DNA of 64,000 bases, from NCBI RefSeq assembly GCF_009914755.1, contig NC_060932.1; one strand, 5' to 3'. Source of the DNA: the human T2T-CHM13v2.0 reference genome, Homo sapiens. The notes beneath the pieces are model-generated. The model made no database searches, was not told the origin of the DNA, and saw only the letters and a list, made by a program, of their open reading frames with translations. Positions 54,560 to 64,000 of this stretch are shown piece after piece. Made by a program: the position numbers and the translations under genes. The number at the start of each line of letters is the position of its first letter. The first letter of the stretch is position 1.

Positions 54560-55570
54560 CACTCTCCTCTTGATTCTTCTGGGATTTCAAAAAGCCTGTT
54601 AGACCTCCTCCGTGGATCCTCAGGGTCTCTGACTCTGTCTTTTGTATTTTCTATCTCTTTGTTTCTCTGTGTTGCATTCTAATAGTTTCTTCTCTCCCAT
54701 CTTCCAGTTTGCCAATTCTCTCTCCAGCCATGTATAATGTACTATTAAGTCATCTTGTAGCAAGCTATTGATTTTGGTTATTGCATTTTAAAATTTTAGA
54801 ATTTCTATTTGGTTCTTTTTCAGCTCCATCATGCTACTTTTAAATATATATTCCAGGTCTCTACTAAAACTTTTAAGCCTCTGTATTATTTCTATAAACA
54901 TAGCATAGTTGTTGTATAGTTTGCATATGATAATCTTAGTGGTAGGTCTTTGTGTATCTATTTCTGTTGTTTGGTCTTTCTGCTCTTTTTTGCATATAGC
55001 ATTTGGTTTCTGAGTGCACCTGGTTATCTTTCACTATGCATTCATTGTAGTGTTTGAAAAGTTGTTTGTGGTAGTGATATGAAGCCTAAGGTGAGGACAT
55101 GTTCATCCTGAGAGCATTTTCATTTGTTTCTGCTAGGTGCTTAGAGGTGCTATTAGCCTAGGCCTTCCTTAATCTAAGTTCAATTCTTGAGCTTCCCTTG
55201 GCCACCGAGGCACGGTAAAACCAGGCTGCAGGTCACTGTGGGATTTTTCTTCCAATTCACTTTGTTCTGAGGCTGTGTCCTTCTGGGTACCTGGAGAGGG
55301 GATGTCCTACCACCGTACCTATTTTTGGTGGGCTCTGCATTTTGTCTTTGTCTTCTTGGGTTTGGGAATTTGCCAGATTAAGTTTTCAACTGTATCTTTG
55401 GATCAACAAATGAAATACACTCAGAATAAAGGCAGTGGGCTTACCTCTGAGCACTGGGCTTACCTCTCTAGGTTCTTAACCTCTCTTAGATTAGAGCTCA
55501 GTAATTTCTCACTAGTGTGTTTTGATGTTTGATGCTTTAAAAGGTAATCCAGATTTTTTAGTTATCCTAG
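54560..55570 (-). mobile_element. Highly diverged old L1M fragments
   Basis: ORF1-like antisense motifs: tcttccagtttgccaattctctctccagc and tttagaatttctatttggttctt. Confidence 0.5.
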
Positions 55571-56169
55571 GAAGCTGGATTGATCCTAATCACTTTACTT
55601 TCCATGCCAGAGGTGGAAATAGCTATTTCCTATTTTCCTTGGCTCTAGGAATGCCAAGGGAGAAAATTTTAGCTCTGGGTTGCAGTTCAGATATGAAAAG
55701 ATCTCTCTGGACTGTATATATGCACTCTGAGGCTGAAAGAGGCCAAGCCAGAAGGAGAAACCAAAGCCCCTTTTCAGCTCCTTAGATGGATGGCAGGGTA
55801 TGTGCACAGTACCCTGTCTGGCGGTCATTTGTCTGGAGCACTTCTCTTGTGCTAAGGCAGGTTGTGTCCCTGTCTCCACTACTTGGCTTTCAGATACTGT
55901 AACAGAGCTAGGGCATGACAATCTGCAACTCCCAGAATGCACTTCTACCAGGGTTCTTCTGGTCACTGGCCCTATCCACAGCCCTTGATTTTAGAAAGCA
56001 CATTTCCTGGCATGCAATGCACCTCTGTCAGTCCCCAGCCCCAATCTTGCTTCTTTTTTAATTGTGTTCTGACAATCTCTGACTGAATGTAGAAAATGGG
56101 ATGAAAGGAGAGGAAAGGAGGAAAAAAGTGCTGGCTGCCCATTTTTCTTGTTGGTCCAGACCTTGAGTC

Positions 56170-56936
56170 AGGGTCAGGCTGAATAATGGCCCCCCAAAGA
56201 TGTCCACTGTCCACATCTTAATCCTGGGAGTTGTGACTGTGTTACCATATGTGACACTTGCTGCTCTGATTAAGTTAATGATGTTGGTGGGAGGCTGGCT
56301 TGAGCCCAGGAGTTCAAGACCAGCTGGCACAACATGGCAAAAACCCATCCCTACAAAAAAAACAAAAAAACAAAAAACCGGAGAAATTAGCCAGGTGTGG
56401 CAGTGCATCCCTGTGGTCCCAGCTACTCAGGAGGCTAAAGTGGAAGGATCATTTGAGCCTGGGAAGTTGAGGCTGCAGTGAGCTGTGATCATGCCCCTGC
56501 ATTCCAGCCTGGGTGACAGAATGAGAAAAAAATAAATAAATGAAAAAGAATCAAAAAAAGTTAATCATGTTGAAATGAGGAGCATATTCTACATTATTCA
56601 GGTGGTCCCAATGTAAACATGAAGGTTCTTAGGAGAGGGAGGCAACAGGAGGGTCCTTAGGAGAGGGAGGCAAGGTGTCAGAGTCAGAGAGGAAGGTGTG
56701 ATGACAAGCAGAGGCTGGGGTGATGGGAGGGACTCCGAGGCAAGGATTGCAGGTGGCCTCTAGAAGCTGGAAAAGGTGAAGACACGGATTCTCCCTTGGA
56801 ACTCCAGAAGGAATGCAACCCTGCTGACACCTTGATTTTAGGATATCTGACATCTAGGACTGTAAGATAAATTTGTCTTGTTTTAAACCACAAAGTTTGT
56901 AGTACTTTGTAACAGCAGCAATAGAAAATGAATGCA
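56170..56936 (+). mobile_element. MaLR LTR (MLT1C/D-like), interrupted by a truncated AluJ (~56288-56560)
   Basis: ggctgaataatggcccccaaagatgtcc start, ctagaagctggaaaagg..gattctccc, and end gcagcaatagaaaatgaatgca. Confidence 0.8.
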
Positions 56937-57285
56937 GGCAGACCATTGATATATCATCCAGTTTTATAACTCCTGTAATTAGGGGAAATGATTCTCAGAT
57001 TGTAGAAACAGGTCAATGGTCTCAACAAAACCCATCATGACTTTTGGGTGAGGTTGAGTTTTGTCTTTTTCTGTGCCTTTTATACTGCTGCTTCTTCCTT
57101 TTGTGTGTTCCTTATTTGATTTCACATAGGCATCTTATCACAATGTGGTAACTGCCCTGGATTTCTGATATATTCTTTCTGAGCAGAAAAGAGTCACTTC
57201 CTTTTCACAGTGATGAGGCAGGTTATTTATCCCCATCCAGTTCATGTCAGTTGTGCATTTCCTGTGTTAAGTCCAGTGTTAATCA

Positions 57286-57662
<377 letters not shown>

Positions 57663-59435
57663 TCAAATACTCCATTGAAGATGCCTTCAGTGTTTTAGAT
57701 TATGGCCTAGGCATTTAAAACAGGCTTTTGACAGTGCTAGGAAAAGGCAGCGTGACATGGCAGGCAGAAGACGAGCAGCCCCTTCATCTCCCTGTGCTCC
57801 TGCTGCTCTTTCAGGAAGTGGGGATTGATGATTTTGAAATTTATTTTACATTTTATCTATTTACATAAACTTGGAGCCATGAGAACAGAAAGCACAGTCC
57901 TTGCTTTTGCTCTTGCATTCATCAGGGGAGACAAGCGGCTCAAGAAATAATTATCATGCAGCATGTTCAAATTGCTATGGGACAATGATGACATGAGCAT
58001 GTAACTGAACCAGGAGGAGCTGGTAATGGCATGCATTAATTCATACTACTCCATGCAAGCACTGTGTCAGTTGCTGGATGATTCTTCACCTTGTGAATGA
58101 TATGAAGCTGTGGAAGGAAATTTGTTTGAAACCCTAGGCCACACGTGCTCAGGACTCCCTCACCTCCACCCCAGAGGTGTCCCTGCTTGTTTTGAAGTGA
58201 TGACACATCTGTAGGGCAGCCACCCCTCTGGGCTTAGGAAAGACCCTATGCCTTAGTCTCTGAGGCTTTGCAATCCTCCCCCTCAAAAACCGTGCTGTTT
58301 TCAAACTCTGTTGAGCCTCAATGATGGGTTTGGGGTGACAGTGTAACCTGAAGCCCAGAACAGACTTGAGTATGTATCTCTGAGGTTCAGACATTGTCCA
58401 TCTAAGGAGTCAGCCCACCTTTTCATAGTCTTCCTTTGATTGCCCCCTTCTTTTCCTACATACTTGTGTTCAAATTCACAGACAGAAAGTTTGGAGCTCC
58501 TAGATATAACTTTATTTTTTTGTGCTTGAACCCAGCGTAGCTCTCAGAGACTCCCTTTCTAGCCTGTGGTAGAAAAGCTAATCTTGCTAGTTCAAGGTCA
58601 TTCTATCAATTCTGGTTTAGACTGTATGTGTCTTTGGGTCCAATACTCAGGCAATCTCTGCATTCTTCTTTTCCTCTCCTGCCCAGCAGTCATCTAAGCT
58701 CCAAGGGGTTTGGGCATCACCAAACATCATTATCTGTGGTGTCAGGGAAAAGGCATTGGTTCTTCATGGGCTCTTGTCCCCAGGCACCCACAATGGATGC
58801 CACATATCCTTTCTCTTCGTGAGGACAGTCTTGGCCATTGCTGTGGGAGCTGGGCTTCTCTACTGACCATGCATCCACTTGGCTCCAGCCACAGTGATTT
58901 CCCACTGTGCTGTCCACCACCTGGCTCAGCTATGGGGTCTGCGTACCTTGTCCTTCACCATCCTCTTGGCCAACCCTGCGCTCTCCAGAGCCACCTTCCA
59001 TACCTCTACTTGGGTGTGTGGAAAGTCCAGGTTTCCTCTGCCCTATGGGAGCCAAGGAAGGCCTGGAGCTGTGGCAGGGCTGGCTCAGATCCTCCTTTGC
59101 TAAACTCACCACACTGCCTTTTCTGACCTCCCCTGGCCATCCTGTGTGGATGTGAGGTGTGTTTTGCATCTGTCTCCTCCTACAGTTGCAGGCAGCATGC
59201 ACTGGGCACAAAGACCCTCTATTCCAAGCATAAATCTCGAAGCATATCCAGGATTTTATTACCATCTTTATCTTCCACTCAGTTTCAACACTGAGGTGAA
59301 GGCAAAGGGTAATTGCCACACTAGCATTTAAACTTTCTTGCTTTCATTTTCCAGTTTCATCCAAGATTTTTTTTTCTCAGCCCACAAAAGGATTGTATTC
59401 TTCCTTGCTCTCTGGTTTCTCGAAATCACTCTAGG

Positions 59436-59646
59436 CAGGGTTGGAAAACTATGATTTGTGTGCCAAATCTGGCTACAGCCTGTTTTTGTAAATGAAGTTC
59501 TATTGGAACAGTCACACCCATTTGTTTACTTACTGTCTGTGAGCTGCCTGCTACAGAATTGAGTAATTGAGATAAGGACTACAGGGTCTGCAAAGCCTAA
59601 AATATTTACTATTTGGCCCTTTACAGAAAAAGTTTGCCCACCTCTG
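59436..59646. mobile_element. MER58A DNA transposon (hAT-Charlie MITE)
   Basis: TIRs cagggttggaaaact / agtttgcccacctctg. Internal gcaaagcctaaaatatttactatttggccctttacag. Confidence 0.85.
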
Positions 59647-60989
59647 CTCCAGGCTCTGAATCCTCTAGGTTTGACACTAGATATTTACGGCTAAGATTTT
59701 TGAATCCAAAGAAATCTACTTCTCCCCAGCTTCCACCCTGGTCCTTGGTTTTGCGACGGAAAGCCATGGTGACTTCAAGACACTTTAGGAACTCAAAGCC
59801 AGCTGTCCTCATGGGATTCATTTGTGTCTTCCCTTTCCTAGCACAGCAAGTCTGGTTTGGTTTTAATAAGAAGGGTCCCATGATGCTTTCCTTCTGGTTT
59901 TCTGCTGGTGGCCTCTGTGGCTGTATCCCCAGGCAGATGCCTGGCCAGGTCTGGGGCACTGAACTCTCCAAACCCCTGCAAGTGGAGCGTTTTTCCCCAA
60001 GGTAAGCAAAGAGACCTTGGCTCCTATGGAGCTGGTTTTGGCCAGATTCACCAAAATGCAAGAATCACTGAATGTTTGAGCTGGAAAAGATGATCATACC
60101 CAGCATCTTTTTCACTGACCCCCTTGTCCCTGACTTGGTTTAACAATGGAGACAAGACCTGGGGAGGGTAATGAGGAAAAATGAGGAGTGGCCTGGTCAA
60201 CAGCACACAGCCTAATTTGCGGGCCATTTGCTCCCCCTCCAATTGCCTGTGCCTGGGCTGAAACATACCCAGCGAGAGCAGCACAGCTCCGGGCACCCCA
60301 TGGTGTGAGCCTGACGGAGCCTAGCTTCCCTAGCTAGATGCTCCCACTCATGCGACGGCCAGGGGCTCAGCTGAGTAGCATGAGTTCACACAATAGGCAA
60401 CAGGACAGGCCCACCGATGACCTGCAGCTCCCGGGTCCCTGGATTCTGTGTTCCTGAAATTTCCCTGTCTTTTTTATTTTACTCGTTTCTCAGATCTCTG
60501 GTTTAGGGAAGAAAAAAGATGAAAGTTACAGTAGGACTACAAAGATACAACTGGGATGGAGGGTTTGGGGTGAAAGAATGTTGATTGCAAAGGACCATTG
60601 GCCACGGTCACACCACCCACCCCAGCCAGCCTCTTCTTTCTTCTTTTTCCCTTGGAAATTGCTTCTTAGATAGTGACCGCTATTAATGACAACACTGGTT
60701 GTATTGCCTAAAGGAATGTAATGTATTAATCATAGCTAATATCATTAGCACTTACCATTTACGGGGCAAATCTGAACATGCACGAACCTGGTTAAAGTTA
60801 ATGGCTCTCTGCTATCTGCTGGCTCCAGCCCCTACTCCTTACGTGGTTATGATGGTCCATGCCAAGCTCTCCCACCTCCTCTCTAGTTATGCCCCCTTCA
60901 AATTCTCTGCTTCAATCATATTTTAGCTCTTTGACTTAAAAAAAAAATGCCTGAAGTATACTTATTCTCTTTTGCCAGTGAACCTTTGA

Positions 60990-61282
60990 ACATAACATTT
61001 TCTCTACCCACCTCCTGCACTCACACATTGACCTACACCCCAATTCCTCTTTGCCTAATTCCTTCCTATTCCTCAGATTGCAGCTTAGCCATAACGTCCT
61101 CCTGGAAGCCTTTCCCAAAGGAGGACTTCCACGTCCTGGGACTTCCATGACATGCCCCTTATCGTACATGCCCACAATGATCTCTTCACTTCTTTGCAAG
61201 CCTCCTTAGGCCAGGGCTTTGCCCAGGTGCTTAGTCCTTTGGAGGAATTTAATAAATATTTGTAGAATAAATGAATGAACCA
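60990..61282 (+). mobile_element. L2 3' fragment
   Basis: ctaattccttcctattcctcag..tcctcctggaagccttt, ending taataaatatttgtagaataaatgaatgaa. Confidence 0.65.
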
Positions 61283-61559
61283 ATGTCTGAACAAATGGAG
61301 GTTTTGCTAACCCCTTTTGTAGAGCTCTTACATGGCTTGCCTAAAGTCAGCCACATAACAGGGAGCAGAGTTAGGACTCAAAAGCAGGCTTACCAATTCC
61401 ACGTCTGGTGCTCTTTCTAGTATCTTATAAGGCCTGACATAAGCCTGGCTATTCAAAGGGATTAAGGGAAATCTAAATAAATAATTAGAGTAATGTCTGG
61501 GAGAAAACACACGAGGAAGAAATCATGATTATTTCTGGGAGAGGGAGGAGTGCTCTTAG

Positions 61560-61624
61560 GGAGAAGTTTTTGTGAGCTTATGCAATGGCCATGTCTCCAA
61601 CCATGCTCTCTTCAACTTCTGAGT
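61560..61624 (+). repeat. 65-bp dispersed direct repeat, copy 1
   Basis: 61/65 identical to 63596-63660. Confidence 0.93.
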
Positions 61625-62274
61625 TAGGGGGACTGGGAGTGGGGGACTGGAACATATCTGTAATTTCTTTTTTTTTAAATGAGGAGAATATATTCATGTA
61701 TTCTTTGAATAATTAAAAACTAATTTAAAAAATGAGCACTGCCAAGGGATTTTTCTGTACTGCACTCTTCAGCTGATGAATTTTTACATTAAACGATTTG
61801 AAATGCTGTTTTTTTTTTTTGCTGCTTATTCCAAAAAGAAAGGAAAAAAGAAACAAAAGAAAAAACAAAAAAGGAAAGCATGAAAACAACCAAAATACTT
61901 TTGCTCCAATTTTCAGAGATGCTTACCGCTGCACTCATTGAATGCAAAACTAATTGAATAGAGAAGATGGACTGCAGTGACTGAAGTGTGACAATGACTA
62001 GACTACTTAATTTGTTGTTTTCTTCCAATTTATGACTCTTCGTCACAGACTATTTGTCTTTGATGCTATTTCTAGTCATAAAGCATCTGGTCTGTATAAT
62101 TAAGGGGAGCTGAGAAAATGTAATTAGCCAAACATGCAGGAAGGAGATGGCAAATCTTCTTCATGACAGAAATGTAGCCCAGACCATATTCCTTCTCGGA
62201 TAAAGACATTATTCACTGACTCAGGTGGGATGGTTCCCACAGTGAATTGCTGCATTCCCTGAAGACCGTCCTCT

Positions 62275-62294
62275 ATCGCTCCCTCTAGTGGCTG
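62275..62294 (-). promoter_or_regulatory. Candidate CTCF binding site
   Basis: Minus strand CAGCCACTAGAGGGAGCGAT closely matches the CTCF core CCACYAGRGGGCGC and lies in non-repetitive sequence. Confidence 0.6.
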
Positions 62295-62999
62295 ATCTGT
62301 TTTAAAAACCCGCTTGTACACGCTGTTCCTTCACCCCAGCTCCATTCCCCATTCTGGGTAAATGTATAAAAATCCATATCTGTTGGCTTAGAAATGCCCC
62401 TGGCAGACGTATATGAGCATGGCCTAAGGTCCGGCTCAAAAGTCAATGCCATCTGGACTGACAGGAAGAATGTCAGAGGAAGAACGCAGAGCAACAAAAG
62501 CAGCAACTTCCAAATAACCAAGAACCCCCAGCAGGTGTACACCATGCCATCCTCTAGAAAGGACGAGGTGGTAATGTGAACACACATGTCCAGACTCCAG
62601 TGCCCCTCAGACAAGCCCCATGCCGAGTGTCGCAGCTGAGCATCTGTACATGGAACGGATTATTTGATTGCATGTTATGGGATTATCAGGTATGGGTATT
62701 ATCAGGATGGGGTTGTAATAGGGAAAGAATGTTACAGCTACAAGAGAGTGGACAGGTTCTTATGTAAGGACATACGTGGAGCCTGAAGAGTTAAGGCTTT
62801 CTAAGTCATTCTGTTGAAACTAATCCTTGGACGTGTTTTGTCAAGTGGTGAATAAGGCTGATCTGAAACAACAGCAACAAAATACAAACCAAATGTTCCC
62901 ATCAGGCCTGACTATAACCTGTGGCTGCAAATGGGGCCACCATAAGAACAATAACCCACATTTCATTACCCCACCTGCTGAGTAAAATACTGGTAAGCA

Positions 63000-63200
63000 C
63001 AGGACATCTGGGTCATAGACTGTGGGTTCAAAGCTGAGACCCAGCTCTCCCCTGTGTGGAACCTTGGGTAAGTTGCTCAATCTCCCTGCGCTTGATTATT
63101 CATCTGGGCAATGTAATGATGTCTATTGTATAAGCTGATGGTGAGGATTAAATAGTGAGTGCAGGTAAAGAGCCTCAGATAGGACCGTGCCCATGCAGAC
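63000..63200 (+). mobile_element. MIR SINE
   Basis: accttgggtaagttgctcaatctccctg...gtgaggattaaat. Confidence 0.7.
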
Positions 63201-63595
63201 TGAGTAACTGATCTTTGTTACTACTGTACTCATGTTTACCATGTCCTCCTGGGTCCCCAGGCTGTGTCTCCTATTTGCTCACAAACAAGTGGCATCTGCC
63301 ATGATCACTCGGTTCCCTGATCTCCTGTGGTCCTGCCTACAGAGTAGGTAATGGACCTCTTCACTGCTTTTAGGGCCCACCATCATGCTTGACATCTCCT
63401 GGGGTGACTGGTAGACTCACCTCCACCCTCCCTCTTCTGGCTCGCTCCCGTGGTCCTAACTGATCTATATGACCCCAGTCCTCACCATGAGAAGTTAATT
63501 TTGGAGTTGGCCCTTGATTTGTGCTGTGCCAAGCAATATGGGTCTGCTGTGAATCTGCAGCCTGGAAGAAACAGACTCAGAAGTTGACGGTAGCT

Positions 63596-63660
63596 GGAGA
63601 AGTTTTTGTGAGCTTATGCAATGGCCACATCTCCAACCATGCTCTCCCCAACTTCTGAGT
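63596..63660 (+). repeat. 65-bp dispersed direct repeat, copy 2 (probable donor)
   Basis: 61/65 identical to 61560-61624. Confidence 0.93.
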
Positions 63661-64000
63661 CAGCTCCTGTTTCTTAGAGAGCTGGAGGGTGGATGCTTGC
63701 CCCATTCAGTGCACCTTTCCCCTTCTCTACCCTTGGTCCTTAATGAGGATTTGTGCATCAAAGCACAGCGTTCTCTACCACTCCCTTTAAGTGGTAGGTG
63801 GCAAATACCTGTCTTGTATTTCTTCCCAAGCTGGAAGTAGGTTTTTGCTTGTAAAGCTGGAGCAGGGAGAAGAGTTACTATCTGGAGAGAATGGAAAACA
63901 TCTGCAAAATGAACAAATCTCCTGTTTTCCGTGGCACTGGGCATTAAACAGTGTCACAGATGGCTTCACTAGGGGATTATGGACAACATGAAGAGATCCA

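Noticed and set aside
58149-63991. Cluster of 60-146 aa ORFs in the last 6 kb
   Set aside because: No recognisable domains, they overlap on both strands, and some include MER58A or L2 sequence. lncRNA exons cannot be excluded but are not supportable here.

Overview
Primate, almost certainly human, genomic DNA. From recall this is the 8q22.1 region at the 3' end of PDP1. The only intact protein-coding sequence is the large last exon of PDP1 (537-aa ORF, 1142-2755), followed by a ~2.4 kb 3'UTR. The remaining ~59 kb is intergenic and rich in transposable elements: about 25 Alus, two near full-length but disrupted L1PA elements, older L1M/L2/MIR/MLT/MER fragments, one 3'-truncated SVA and a deleted ERV1 provirus. 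Three processed pseudogenes lie on the minus strand. PSMA2 is split by three nested insertions, RPL34 is full length but dead, and a 5'-truncated GOT1 copy is absent from the ORF track and keeps an apparently ancestral motif. Nearly all other ORFs in the track are repeat-derived or spurious. I found no evidence of a new multi-gene biological system. The notable signals are mutational and evolutionary structures: a perfect 135-bp duplication making a trimeric Alu, a ~290-bp AT-rich palindrome, a 65-bp templated insertion, template-switch hairpins and a strong CTCF motif. Repeat subfamily names come from recognising sequence by eye, not from a RepeatMasker run, and boundaries are approximate.
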